Assembly (NCBI GenBank): GCA_043228905.1
Contig: JBHGNT010000018.1
Coordinates: 2,976,001 to 3,040,000 of the forward strand
DNA: 64,000 nucleotides
From: Azolla caroliniana
Taxonomy: Eukaryota > Plantae > Polypodiophyta
Reading direction: 5' to 3'
In this document: piece by piece, positions 50,189 through 64,000 of the stretch
Layout of the letters: each line of letters begins with the position of its first letter
How positions within the stretch are numbered: position 1 is the stretch's first letter
Notes under the pieces: model-generated
Database searches by the model: none
What the model was told of the DNA's origin: nothing
What the model saw: the letters and a program-made list of their open reading frames with translations, nothing else
Position numbers and translations under genes: made by a program

Positions 50189-50374
50189 AGTCGCCCAACT
50201 AGTTGTAAGAAGTCTATACTATTCACAGGTCAGTCGCCCAACTAGTTGTACGAAGTCTATACTATTCACTGGTCAGCCGCCCAACTAGTTGTAAGAGAGT
50301 CTATACTATTCACAGGTTAGTCGCCCAACTAGTTGTAAGAAGTCTATACAATTCATTGGTCAGTCGCCCAACTA
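50189..50374. repeat. 43-bp tandem array (4+ copies) with palindromic core CAACTAGTTG
   Basis: AGTCGCCCAACTAGTTGTAAGAAGTCTATACTATTCACAGGTC-type units start at 50189, 50232, 50275, 50319 and (partial) 50362; an extra AGTCGCCCAACT lies at ~50147. Confidence 0.92.
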
Positions 50375-52149
50375 TCGCCAGCTCAGTCACCCGACCAAAT
50401 GTGGTTGCCCAATTGATACTCGATGTTGTATAAAACCATGCAACCTGTCATTTTCTCACTTTTTTTTTTAAATGAGATTGTTAGGTTTTTGTGGAGGGAA
50501 AACAAAATCAACCAATCGGCCAGCCGTCGAACGTGCATTTGGAACAACATCTTCTTTGCCACCTACTTACTTCACAAGTTGGTATTTTAGTTGCTTCTAC
50601 TTTTTCTACAATGTTTTTTTTACCAGAAATCATATATTTCGTGAAAAATGGTTCCGAAACTATAAATATGGTTTTTTTGTGTGAAATTGATATTCCCAAA
50701 TCATCCAAGTTTAGGTGCAAAAGATAAAGTATGTGCATCGTGAATGTGGACAAGAATAAACATTCTTACTTTGTTTTGCATATGTTGGTAGAAAAAACAA
50801 ATTTGGTGCTAAGTTTTGTAAAGTTCAGGGTTGCAATGTCCATTTTGTTTTGATCTTTTAAAATATTTGAACTAAGTATTGCACTACATAAAATGGAAAT
50901 GAAGAAACTTGAAATCAAGGGACTCTTCATGCATCGTCAGATTGTTATGTTTTCACAATCATTAGCCAAAGAATAACTTGGAAAACCTTTCTTTTGGTGG
51001 TGGATGCCCATCCTTTGGACAAAGATTATACAAATATAGATATGATGGATAGATGCTAAATAATATATCAACACGATGTACAAGTTGTTACAAAGGTTTG
51101 GTATCTAGATATACTGCATAGCTAGCCGGATATTATCTATTTGTAGAAGGAGCTTGAACAAAGCTAAGTCTAGAGGGAAGTTACGGGTGTTACATTCATG
51201 CATAACTCCCATACATAGGTTAGCGTGGTTTATGATATCGGCCCATGTGTTAATAACATGACTTTGGCTGTCAACCTCATATCTTCATAATTTCAACAAC
51301 CACATAGGTATGCCACGTTCTGCTAAAATTTGTTTTTGCTTAATTGTATAGATGGTTGTCATGACTTAGGTCCAAGAACGACGAAGTGGTTTGATTGTGC
51401 TAAGGGTGATATATATCCCAATGAAGGGAGGTATGTCACGAATAATTTTTATTGCTAGTGGCCAGGAATAATGATGCATGTATGCTAACTAGTGCTTTGG
51501 TTTTAGGGTTTTTGTGAGAAGACAAAGTAGAAGTTGTACAACCGGCAATTCTAAGGTGGAGAGACGTTGCATGGGGTGGCTTAAATAACAATAGAGAAGA
51601 CAAAGGAATTATAAGAGTAAGGAGAACAGTTTCACAAAGAAATCCTTGAAATTTGGACCCTACAATTTCGCAACTGATGACAGTCACAACGCCTCTTATC
51701 GTTGTTGGTCTTACATGCTTTCTTGGTTTGTAATTTCAACCTCGCTTCCACCTAATCTAAGATTGAGATCCCCTTATAGTGAGCTCTCTTGTCCCTTTTA
51801 TAGCTTTATTGACCCATTGGAGACCACATATGTACTCCGAACAAGATTTGAACCTTTGGCCATATTATTGTGAGAGTATATTGTAGCGCGATGCCTTTAA
51901 CCTAAACATTCACCTTCCATTAACTTCGAGTTCGATGCTTCTCCTCTTGTGAACACATTTTCGAGAACATGGGCATGGAATTCATTATCGAGAGCATGTT
52001 TAAGGTTTTTTAAATAAAGCACATTAGTTGATTCCTTGCATTGTATGAGAAGCAAGTGAAAAAAGTAATTCAAAATACACATACCAACAAAATCTCGAGT
52101 TTCAAATGGATGGAATATATGAATAAATTGTCTAGACTATGATGTGTGT

Positions 52150-52520
52150 ACACTTGCTCCATGATGCCTTAGTGAAAGATTTTGTATCTATAATTCTTGC
52201 ATCACAACTTAGGAGATCATTGATTCCACCATTGTGTGCAATCTAATTCTCAACACCCATTAGCAATAATCGTGAACAATAAAAGTTACTAATCACTGAT
52301 TCAATTCCCCAACAAACTACATGAAAATGTTCAACTTTGGTTCCATACATAGTATTTGACCTCCCACATGGAGATGATAAAATCAATCTCGACTTGCTTC
52401 TAATGGGTCATTGGTGTGGTGGTCTACATTTGTAGCATTAAAAACACACCGTTCCATGAATCCAACTTCAACCCTCACCATGGTCTTAGCCCAATCCCAT
52501 ATATCACAATATGTCTCCTA
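52150..52520 (-). mobile_element. Very degenerate Copia RNase H remnant
   Basis: - strand traces of YCD..DWA (~52515-52485), KQ (~52400) and IFTK (~52180) in the expected order. Confidence 0.4.
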
Positions 52521-54409
52521 TTGATGTACATATATATATATATATATAACATCTCTTCATTAGTTTGAGGAGCGCGAGACAAAGAGTTTTATGGGGTAAA
52601 CTAGTTCAAACGCAAAATATTCTATTTAGAGAATTTAAACTTTATTCGTGCATGGTATGCCAATCACATCACATCATGATTTATCCATTCCCCAAGGGTC
52701 ATTTTAGAAAGTTCGCTCAATTGCATGGCACTTGTACTGAGACGAGTAAATTAGCCGCTTTTTAGTCCCAATGCCTCACTGTCCTTGTATCCTTATAGTT
52801 CATTATTAACTATGGCTTCTAATGTGTTATGATGTTCCATGCATAATATGAGAGTTGGAGTACATTCATTATAATAAATATATCGATAATAATGGTGCTT
52901 GATTATTCACCATTTTAGAATTTGCATTAGTTCATGAGATTGATTTATGTGACACTATGTATTGTGTTCCCAATAATGGTATATTTAACATGATCGATCA
53001 CTCAAGGGATGTGAGGCATCACTACATAGATAAGCCTGGCAAATGAATTTGATACTATTTAACACATCTCATAGCATAGTTGATATTTCCACTAAACAAT
53101 ACATAGATCGTTTGCGTAATTACACAAAAAGATCAAATATTTTGTGAAATTTAATGAATGGTAGTAAATGAGGACACAAATTGAAAAACCCGCATTAAAC
53201 TAGTTAATATTCCAAACTACGGAGCATCAATTGTTAACATTTTCACTCTTTATATTGCAACATCAATCTCCTCGTGCTTTAAATTTGTTTATCTTCTTGT
53301 TATATGCTCTATTGCAACTTTCTTTGATAGTGTTTTTTTATCGTACTCATTAGTTGGCGCTACGTAATTTTTATCATTGTTTCTTATTTACAAGTTTATC
53401 AATTTCACTCTATATACATGTTGTGGAAATGTTACAATGGTAGACTTGTAAAGCCATTTTTTTACTAGTAAGCTATTTTTTTGGAGCAAGAAACTTTTGT
53501 TTGTGATCTCAAACTTCAATTTTAAAAGAAGTTTACGATGAACACAACGCACCTCCAAACTCATTGCTCAACAAATTGAATTGAAAACAACATTAACATT
53601 ACAGGGCACGAGCTTTAAGGTATGCCATCGTGAATATATATTGAGTTGAAATAAGATAAGGTACATCATTGTTAGGTGGTCTAAAATGGTACCTTGTAGG
53701 CGTGATAAATCTTCCATCAATAAAAGATCAAATAGATTCTTGTTATATCTTTCAAGTTGTGCTTTCAAAATTAATGTTTTGTTCGCTCACCCGACAACAT
53801 TATAGGCTATACTCAAGATTTGTAGTTAAAACATTGTACACAAAATACTAAGACATATATGTTCAACAACCAAGATCACCTCTTTTTTGTAAGATCCAAT
53901 TAAACACATGAATTATTAGTATGTCATATTGGGGATAAAAATTTATATTGATAATGATGAATAAGTAGTTCAAGGACACATATTCCTTGACTAGGTGAAG
54001 AACAAAATATATTGTATGTCCATGATACTAAGACATAAAGTTTGTGAAATACCAATCGAGCCCAAACATTGGGCATACATTAAGCTATTCAAACATTTAC
54101 ATCTTTTAAATAAAAAACTTTCATTGATATGGTAAGATTTGCATTAGATTGCCACATGATAAGGACAAACTCAACTACAAACAAAATGATACTATATGTT
54201 AAATATTATCACGATATCATGAACATATCTAATAGTTTGACGAATAGAATAGAATAGGATATACATGTACCAAAGGAAGTAGAGTATTGCCAAGAATCCA
54301 AACAATATCATTGAGATGACGAGTAGATGACTGGCATTAAGCATGCACTTTAGGGTGAATGCTAGCTTCTATGTGTTTTAACTACACAAAAATCCTTAGA
54401 TAAATTGAA

Positions 54410-56387
54410 GGGAAAAGTACCAAGATACCCCTGGAAGTTTGTCTATTTACCATAATGCCCCTGAAAGTTCCAAATTTGTCAAACTACCCCTATGTCCAAA
54501 AAAATACACTTTATAAACTAATTATACACTCAAATCTACAAGCCCTATTTACCAGAATACCCTTCAAACACAATTTTCTTTTACTTAAAGGGATTCTTCC
54601 AAGCATATCCTTGTACTTTTCCCTAAATTATAATATTGGGAAGAAGCTTTTCATTTCCACATCATTAATAATACTCATAATAACACTAACTCTGCCTTTG
54701 TCTTCGGCTTGCTCTTCTCCTCGTGTTATCAGGAAATATAATCAACCTTTAATCCACGTGAGTAACAACAATATTGACAATCTAGGTAGCTTTAATCGAA
54801 GCTTGAATGTGAACTATGTTGCCATTGCGCCATGGCCGCCGCCATTCTAGCCCTTCCCACCAGCACCAGCATGGTAGGTTGTCAGCATCAGCAGTACGAC
54901 CAATGATTCCTGCTTCAAATCTGAAGCCATGGATCGAATGATCAATAACACTACAAAGGTGTCGCCCCTAACTCAGAATCTTGCCAATCTCCGCCAAATT
55001 GAAGCTACAATTATTGATCAAGAAATCCCTCCCCAAGATTAGCTGCCATCACCCTTTGACAAGCTGGACCTCTACAGCCTCAAAGCTCGCATGGTGGAGG
55101 TAGATCTCCCTCGCCTATGCCCGCCGCTGCGTGTACGTTTTGCGGCCTCTCATGATCCCATTCACAAATTGCTTGATACTCCTAATGTGGCATCGATTGA
55201 CGCCGTCCAGAAGATTCTTCGCCATTTTGCCGCCCCATTCAAATCAAGTCCAAGGCCAGGTCCTGCAGGATCGAATTGTAATCCATGATCATAGAATGGA
55301 TTAGGGATGCCCCGATCTGCAGGACGACGAAGACGTCTTGGTATTAGTAGTTGTTCTCCTCCCCATCCTTCCTATCTCCATCGCCATCCCCACGCTTCCC
55401 TCTCTTCTCTGACGTTCCTTTCTTCTTCTCCCCCTGATCTTGATGGCGATGAGAGCGATCAAGTAACAACCTGCGGTGAGGCACAACACTACGGCCGCTG
55501 CCCCTCATGAAGCTATCAGAATTATGGCGAGCTTGCTCAAGTGGGCTCGCCTCTGCTTCTTCGCCTCCTTTGCTTCCGTCCCTGGGATTATAGAGGGAGT
55601 AGAAGGAGAAGAAGGAACCATAACTGAAGATGATGAGTTGTTGCTGCATTGTGTTGTCGTTCCTTGCAATGGCGTCCCAGACAAGTCTACGTTACCTAGG
55701 AAAGAAGAAGCAGAGAAAGCTCCGAGCGAAGGAGGGTTGCTACAACTGAGCCTGTTGAAAGATTATAGGAGCATTATGCTCAAGACGAATTCACCGACTC
55801 TGACCTGAACGATGAGGAACATTATGCAGAGGCAACATCAGTACTGGAGCTTGACTATGAAGATTATAGGAGCTCAAGGGGGATGAGCAATGCAAGTAGT
55901 CGAAGCTCTAGCCAACCTATAGGCCGCATTCAGGCAACGACTATGTTCATATGTCTCGGAGAAGACCCAATCTTTTATTCCATAGAACTACCTACATAGA
56001 TTAGTACACCAATGACGATCTTGCATAGCGTAACAATTTCTCGCCCCAATAAGAATCTGTGCGCATAGAAATCGTTGCCATGGATCCTCAGATGTATAGA
56101 GAACGTGGACGCGGAAGTATTGAGGGGGTAATTATGGAAGGAACGGATGATGATTATGATGAGCAGATGAGTTGCAAGAATAAGTACCAAGATACCCTGG
56201 AAGAATCCCTTTACGTGAAGAAAATTGTGTATAAAGGGTATTATGGTAAATAGGGCTTGTAGAGTTCAGTGTATAATTACTTTGTGAAGTGTATTTTTTG
56301 GACATAGGGGTAGTTTTGTAAATTTGAAACTTTCAGGGGTATTCTGGTAAATAGACAAACTTTTAGGGGTATCTTGGTACTTTTCCC
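54410..56387. mobile_element. Pack-MULE-like element: ~212-bp TIRs around ~1.55 kb of GC-richer coding-like cargo
   Basis: TIRs 54410-54623 and ~56177-56387 (GGGAAAAGTACCAAGATACCCC... / ...GGGGTATCTTGGTACTTTTCCC); perfect 9-bp TSD TAAATTGAA at 54401-54409 and 56388-56396; no transposase. Confidence 0.92.
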
Positions 56388-56754
56388 TAAATTGAAACCT
56401 AGTAGACTTAACACACGTATAAGCATTCAATGCACATAACCTAAGTATGGACAACCTTAAATGGTTATATATTGTAGCATATATAAAGAAATTGTTGTAT
56501 CATATTGAATCACCACTCATATCATGCTAGCTTGGTTGTATTCTAATATATTTTTTCATTGTTTCCCTTACCAATTGTCAAGGGCAAGAACCTAACTATG
56601 CTGTTTTCTCTATCATGTATGATATTGTTAATGCAAATAATGATAAACAAAGATTTTTAGTTTGCTTGAATAAATATTTACTATATGCGTACACTCGTAA
56701 TCTTTAGTGGAATGATTGTATTTTATGTGAGGGGCACAATACTTTTACTACATG

Positions 56755-59700
56755 CTTGAAATGGCCACGAGCTATTATATGCAACTATTGAATGTATGCA
56801 ACGAGGAACATATTGAGCAGGTTGCCTTTAGAAATATAATAAACGGGATACCGAAGAGAGTTTCAGCTTAGATGATGGACCATCTAAATACCCCGATTTG
56901 TATACAGGAATTGTAGGATGCAATTTCAGATATGAACAAACAAAGTTGTGTAGGCATTGATGGCCTCCCTATATATTTTTACATCAAATATTGGGATCTA
57001 ATTAAGGATGACATGTTGGAAGGGATGGATGCAATACATTATGGCTGAAGGTTTAATGCCTCCAACAATGTGTAGAGGAATGATTTATTTAATTCCCAAG
57101 GATGAGAAAGATCTAACTATGCTTGATAATTGGCGACCATTGACGATTCTCACTAATGCCTATAAGATCATGGCTAAAGTTGTAAGTAGTCGTTTGAAAA
57201 AGGTCCTTGGGGACATAATACATACTACGCAAACTGGCTTCCTCGAAAACCGGAGCATTGTTGACAATGTGATAACTTTCTGGGAATATTCAGCATGGGC
57301 GGAAGAGCAAGGAGTGGACCTAGCAGTAATGTTACTTGATTTCGAAAAAGCATATGACAGGATCTCATGGGAATTCCTAGAAGCAGTGATGGATGGCCTA
57401 GCCTTCGAGCAACAATGGATCCTTGGTTTGGTTGCCTTTTATAGGGATGCTTCCAGCCAGGTTTTAATGGCTGGCAGCTTGGGGAAGAGCTTTAGGATGA
57501 CACGATTGGTACGTCAAGGATGCCCATTGGCCCTGTACCTATTCATTATAGTAGCAGAAGCTTTGCATTATCAGATTGGTGATAGATATTGGCAAATACA
57601 AGGCCTTCCCTTACCCGAGGATGCAGGAATGATGCTTGATACAGAATATGTCGATGATACAACAACCTATGTTAAGGGGGATGCAAACAACTTGGACAGA
57701 CTACAAAGTGCAATAAATGAGTTTTGTAGGGGCTTGGGTGCTAAAATAAATTGGAATAAATCAGTGGGCATTTGGATTAGCAAGAAGCCTGTGGTAAATT
57801 AGGCTCCAAACCCTAATTTCAGATGGTTAAGGAGAGGAGAAGCTACTAGATACTTGGGTTTCAAAATCGGGATGGATATTGATCGCTCAGAACATTACAA
57901 TCTACTTGTGGACAATATAAAAGCAAAGCTAATACGGTGGAATACAAGAAAACTATCCTTGGCAGCCAAGATTGTGATTGCAAATCAGGTTCAAATGGCC
58001 ACAATATGGCATACTTCTGCATGTTGGATAATCGCACCCAAGTTGATGAAAGTGCTAAAAAAGCTTATTAGAAATTTCTTATGGGGGGGCACAAAGGAAA
58101 AACATACTTGTGCAAAGGTTGCATTAACTACACTTATAAAAGATAAAAGTGAAGGTGGGGTGGGACTAATAGATCCTGTGGTGCAAACGAAGGCCTTGCT
58201 AGGCAAATTGGTGGTCAGGAGCTTGCAACCACCTGAGGCGCCTTGGAAAATTCTCTGGCGACGCAGATGGAAGATGTGGTTGCCAAGACACGGTGGAAGT
58301 TGGCCAAGTAGCGCTTTTTGGGGGTTTGTGCCAAAAATGCGACCCAAATACCGGGGATGTACACATGGTATATGTGCTATTGGAATTATGAAGGCATGGC
58401 AAGGAATAAGAAAGGGAATCGTGTGTAGGTGGAGAAATGATGCATATGCTCGAATGTACATGCCCATTGTTTGGAACCCACTAATTAGAGATGTGGATGG
58501 GCTGATGATAGGACAAAAAGCAGGCTTCAAATGGGCCAATTTAATCAATGCCCAAGGGAATACATTAGCAGATTGGAAGAGATTTCTATGTAATGATGTG
58601 GGCACTCAAAAGGCTAGAATATGGAGGATAAACAGGGGTAAATGCATGCTAATGAGGATTACAGCTGCCTTTGCACGCAACGGGCAAATCTTGGAAGATG
58701 CAACCATAAGTCCCTCTGAAATGGAATGGACAGGACTTATCGATGCTAAAAATTATCTAATTGGAATTAAGGGAATGAAAGCCGGATCTATTGAGGCATG
58801 CTACTACAAAATAGAGCATAGAATGGTAATATGTGAGCAACCAACCTATCAAACTGAAAAGCCGATTAGGTTGCTTGCAAAAAATGAAAAGGATATGATA
58901 GTTGACCTCGAGCCTAGTGAGCTCAAACCAACGACAATGTGTTGGCCGATAGAAGGGCATTCAAATAAGCTATCATGGGACCCCGCGATGTATTTCTAGA
59001 GAACTCAAGGTCCAGGTGATGGTGTCAAGCTGGTGCAATTTTTCAGGTACAACACGAAAATCAGGAGGCAAATTATACTAAAACAAGAATACAAACATAT
59101 TGCAGCCCGTACATTTTGGATACAAGAGGGCATTAGTGAAAGGAGATTGGCGAAATTCTGGAAAATGATATGGCATGATAGTGGTGACCGCAAGATAATG
59201 ATATGCTTATGGCTTATTATGCATAGAGCCTTGCCAGTAAGGGCATGGGCTAAAGGCCTCAATGTAGACCCTAGATGTAATGCATGTGGACAACTAGAAA
59301 CCATTTCTCATTGTCTCTAGTAATGTCATGAGGCTACGACTGTATGGAGAAGGGCATTACGATTGCTTTGCCATTCCTCTAGCTCATTTACCCTCTATTG
59401 GGGACATGCTTGTTGGAATTGTCTTGATGATGACGTAGAGAAATTTGATATCACATGTACAACTATGTACAGAGGGGAGAATGGAACTATTCGATTGATC
59501 GCTAGTAACAGTGCACCTACAAGTAATGCCTAGAAGCAGAAAATTGGTGATCTATGGATGTGGCTAGCACCCATTGTCATATGGAACATTTGGACCGCAA
59601 GATGTACCAGGGTATTTTTAGCAAACAAACAGCCTCCAGCAGAATCTATTAAGCTAATATGGCACACTTTAATAACTACATTGAGGGCCCAATATGAGCG

Positions 59701-60002
59701 GATTGATGGAACTAATGATGCCTCTGAATTAATGAGGCTGAATTTCAAAAAACAATCGTGTACTACACCGATGGCTGCATAAATTGGAGTGGATATATGA
59801 TGGCAGTACGTAGTACAAGATGGTTGTTCCCCCCTCCCATTAGATGATAGAGGGGCGTGAATGACATGAGAAACATGGAGAACAAACATGTGGGCTATTT
59901 AGTGTAAGATAAATAAGTGATGTAGCCCATATGGACGTCGATAATGTCTAAAGGTGTGTATTGTATGTCATTTTAACTAATGGAGTGTATTCTTCTTTGG
60001 AA
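56755..60002 (+). mobile_element. 5'-truncated L1-clade LINE (RT plus zf-RVT), decayed
   Basis: NWRPLTILTNAYKI, LDFEKAYDRI, VRQGCPLA, EYVDD, EGGVGLID and CNACGQLETISHCL motifs; 17-bp TSD AATACTTTTACTACATG at 56738-56754 and 60003-60019. Confidence 0.95.
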
Positions 60003-60512
60003 AATACTTTTACTACATGATAATGACAATCTCCTCCTTTCGTTGAATTAGTCAGTGGTGTGGCCTACTGGTGGCAAACCTTGGCTAAGCCAATCATGGT
60101 AAGATATTTATATCATGCTCCCATGAGCATCTATTAAAATGGTGGTGTCTATAAGGCTCATCTCCCAAGGTAGGTACAATGGGTACCCATCTTCACTACT
60201 GCATATCATAGTGTTTTAAGCAAGTCGTTTTGTGAACTTCCACCTAAAGTAGTTGTGTGTTGACTCGTGTTGGTGTTAATAAAGCTTCTAACTTCTTGGT
60301 GGTGTAATATTGCTTCAAACATTTTCCATTAATGGAACTCGGGATATCTTTGCTATCGAGGTTTTATAGTTTGCTAGCTCTAGTCTTACTGTTATGTGAC
60401 CTTTTCAATTGGCACGAGAATATAATAAGCATCGTGGATTCTTCCTAAATGTATATGTCCTTCATTTGATTGCCATTCTAAGATTTCCGATGTGTTTTCT
60501 TGTGAGGATGTT

Positions 60513-61364
60513 TGTTGAGAACTCTAAATCCCTAATAGCAACACCAAAATCTTGAGAAATAAGACAAATGCTTAGACTTAACTACGATGGTAGTTATGAA
60601 CCTCATTGATCATCGTGTTGATATTTGAGTGAACTAACACCCTCTCAATAGTGAGGCAAGCAGGAGTGAGTCTCAATCTCTCTCAAGTGCACCAACAAAT
60701 TAGCTAGCTCACTTGGGCAACTTCTAATCATATCCTTCTTCTAACTCTCAACACTATTAGTAACAAATGTATAAGTCAAGACTCGGCTTAAGTAATGCAT
60801 TTGATCAATAACTTGATTAACTACTATATAAAGAAATTAAGAATGTATACAACTTTATTAACAAATGTATAATAACACACATAACTAAGCCAACCACACT
60901 CCTACAACAAGATAAAGCTTACTCACTTAAGATTAAGGCTTATGGCTTAAGCTCTATGTTAAGAAAGAGGATCAAAGCTTACTAAGAGAAACATTGAAAT
61001 GTGAAGAAGAATAAGAAGCAAAAGGCTTTTAACTTCATCACTTCATCTTTATACTTATACATTTAGGTCATTATTATGAAAAACACCCACCCATATGAGA
61101 AAATGGTGCATATAAACATCTTGATCTAACTATGTATATACACCAAAGAACACATGTGCTCGTTCTTCAAGGTAAGGCAACCCCATTACTGCAACAAAAT
61201 TTAGAAAATATTGCACATAAGTATGCAATTATTCTTTTAGGATAATATGGCACCAATATTAGAAATGAATACATACTAATTAGATTGTCCTACAATAATT
61301 TATGACAATCTTAGCACATTCAAGCTAAAATGCAAGACAACTATATATCTACATCTAATCAACA
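60513..61364. mobile_element. Possible solo LTR
   Basis: Termini TGTTGA...TCAACA; flanks TGTT/TGAT match at only 3 of 4 positions. Confidence 0.35.
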
Positions 61365-62257
61365 TGATCTCGTTCATAGGTGCAACTAGTTCCCCGTGGG
61401 GTAGTTGGATTATTCACTAAGGAAACAAAGCACATAACCACTTACAGACAAAAATAAGTAGAAACGTAGTTCTAATGAGTCTTTGTTTCTTCTTGATCAT
61501 TCTAAGAGATAATAGAAAAAGCAAAAAAAGGTTAGGGATGGAAGAGAGAAAATCTTGCATTTCTTTTCATCTGGATGAACAAATTCACCAATCAATGGTG
61601 GGCGGTCAATTCGCAAAAAGTAGTTTTTATTTTGTGCACAATCTAACTTTTGTGACCGAAAGCATGCTCATGTCAATGAGACAAGTGCATCGGAAGAGGC
61701 ACTGGAGGAGTAGCAAAGGTCCTTAGATGGTCTTACTTTTAATCTTTACGATAATATAAAATCTAATTAGCTTCGAAGAAATGCTCGTTGATGATGGTCA
61801 CCTTAGGCCATGCAAGTTTCTCTTCATTGTTTCCAAGTGTGTTATCATTGAAAACCATATTACTGATTCGATTTTGAAGTCGCTTTCATGAAATTTGAAT
61901 TGGTGTATGTTTACAACACATTATAGATGTTCTAAGAGATACAATATGGATGGATGAAACTATTATACATGGTTGACATATCTAAGTCAATGCATTCTTC
62001 TTTTGCCAACCATAATTCTCTCTTGTTGGCCATCATACCTTCATCTACGGTCTAATTTATTTGTAAATAAAGGAGCAAGAAATGATTACTTCATTAATAA
62101 CAAAAGGAAACTATATTTTTCCTTTTTTTCCGAAATGGTTTATATTATGTCTAAAGTGATTTAAATGATAAATGGACACTTCCAAATATTCCTAATAACT
62201 CCATCATGAATTTTTTACCATTTTCAATTGCTCTTAGGCTGCCATAGACATTCATTA

Positions 62258-62394
62258 TTGCACTACATTTTGCATACATATCTACCAAAGCATTGCTAAG
62301 TACAATACACCATGTTTTTCTAGCAATCCCTTGTTGATGATCTCCTCGTGAACTTCCTTTCCCCTTATCAACTGCTTGTACATGGCCACATGCC
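62258..62394 (-). pseudogene. PLS-class pentatricopeptide repeat (PPR) gene fragment
   Basis: Reads ACGHVQAVDKG/KEVHEEIINKGLLEK/IVLSNALVDMYAKCS across small frameshifts, matching the PLS-PPR L/S motif junction. Confidence 0.85.
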
Positions 62395-64000
62395 TCATGT
62401 CGGTGGAGGGAAACTATATTTTTCTTGGATCTGGGAAGTTTACATATAATAGAATCACGTCGTATTCAATCACAATGCTCATTCATACCGTGAGTCAATT
62501 TAAATGGTGTACTCTTGACTAACAAATTGATGAAGATGCTAGCATTTGATTTTGTCAAATTAGTTTACCCTCATTAGCCCCATTCTATAAAAAAACCACA
62601 ACATGCGTAGATTGGGATCATATATTTTATCTTCATTACAAATACACAAATATTTTATGAGGCTTAGTGAGGTATGGATCTAAGACAAAGACAAAGCCAA
62701 AGAAAAAACAAACAATTGAAAGAAAGAAAAAAAGAAAAGTAGTCTAAACATACTTGAGGAAAACATGACAAAACATTTCGTGTTCTTATATCATCACAAC
62801 GATGTATTCCATATAAAATAAAAATGGAGTGGAGGCAACACATTGGTGACACGACTATTTTCAATATGAGAATACCAATTTGAGACCAACCGAGATATTT
62901 AGGGGACTATGAGTGTCAACAAAGATTGTGCAGTTTTAAAGATCATCTTGCAATCGTTGTCGAGGAGTGATGTTATTTACTTTCCAAAGTGCGTGGCTTT
63001 AGAATACATGCATACAAACATCATGGACTTGGCATGCTATATTTGAAAATGGATAGAAAACTTTAAAATCTTAACAACAAAGGGATATAATGGGGATTCG
63101 GGAATAGTAAATGTGAAATAATATGAACAATTGGATTAGAGCTTGTAATTAGGATGCCGTACACATGCTACATTTTACGTGCGTAAAATAAACATTTATA
63201 TAGTGATATTGTGCACAATGTGTAATAAAAGATCAAATATCAAGATTGTAGGGACATTGGTGGGTATCTCAAGCCTATCACACAACCAAATTATTGTTGC
63301 AAAGAGCTTGAAATCAACAATTGATATATTATGGATCTTCGCATCTGTTTATTGCCTCACATAAGTGATCAACTATTGACCTTAAATTGGTGTTATTGAC
63401 GAGTCAGAAATTTAGGAAGATGTTCCTAATGATCTAGGAGACACTTTAAATGATGGGGTCTCTAGACAATAACCATTGTGCTCCCTTTATCCAAACAAAA
63501 CCACATCATCTCACCAAGCAAACAGGTTATAATGTACTAGAAAAACATACCAAAAGCCCCACATAATAAACATTTATCACAGGATGCGATACTTTAAGTT
63601 AGCTTGACCAATTGATGGACATAAAGGTAAGCTACTACTCCATTAGCACACCATGCTCAAAGACAAAACAAACTACTCTCCATCAACGAGACATCAATGT
63701 GATGAATGCGCAATCGCATTATGGATCCAAAGCCCGAACCCTAACTACTGTTTTGCGACACAACACGAGAAACAATGTGCTCGGATCGAAGATGACCATG
63801 GCCGAAATCCTTGGTTGGCACCAGGGTCTCGAGACCCACCAGAACCCCTTTCCTTTTGTCAGGATCATCTGCTCTCTGTGCCACACTCCTAAGGCGTGTC
63901 AAGGTCTCGAGAGACTCACAAGTATGTACGCAAGAAGTTCATGTTCGTCCTTCTGGGCTTATAAATACATACAAGTAAATATGTGAGTATCAATTAGGTT

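Noticed and set aside
50189-50374. CRISPR-like array
   Set aside because: Whole units are near-identical with no unique spacers, no cas genes, and the context is eukaryotic.
63400-64000. Possible LTR or ORFs at the window edge
   Set aside because: No motif or boundary could be established before the sequence ends.

Overview
Eukaryotic land-plant genomic DNA; a fern or other non-seed plant is inferred from the PPR and L1 sequence styles. One intact gene is present: a ~33-exon M1 aminopeptidase (PepN/puromycin-sensitive type) at 6677-20165 on the - strand, with a 19/5/12-nt microexon run, a GC-AG intron and a transit-peptide-like N-terminus. The (CATA)n/(CATC)n microsatellite just upstream is split by about 17 kb of insertions: a Mutator-like element encoding a SWIM transposase plus a Ulp1 protease, and a small element containing a Gypsy retrotransposon (4-bp TSD, tRNA-Ala primer site) that itself contains a Copia element. 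Further along lie two 5'-truncated L1 LINEs and an intronless LRR receptor-like gene built from three 348-bp modules with variable loop-outs; this gene has one frameshift and a solo LTR replacing its C-terminal tail. Also present are a decayed 4.1-kb partial duplicate of the aminopeptidase gene with templated repair scars, a 43-bp tandem array, a Pack-MULE with a perfect 9-bp TSD, and a PPR relic. Coordinates and mismatch counts were read by eye; no database searches were run.
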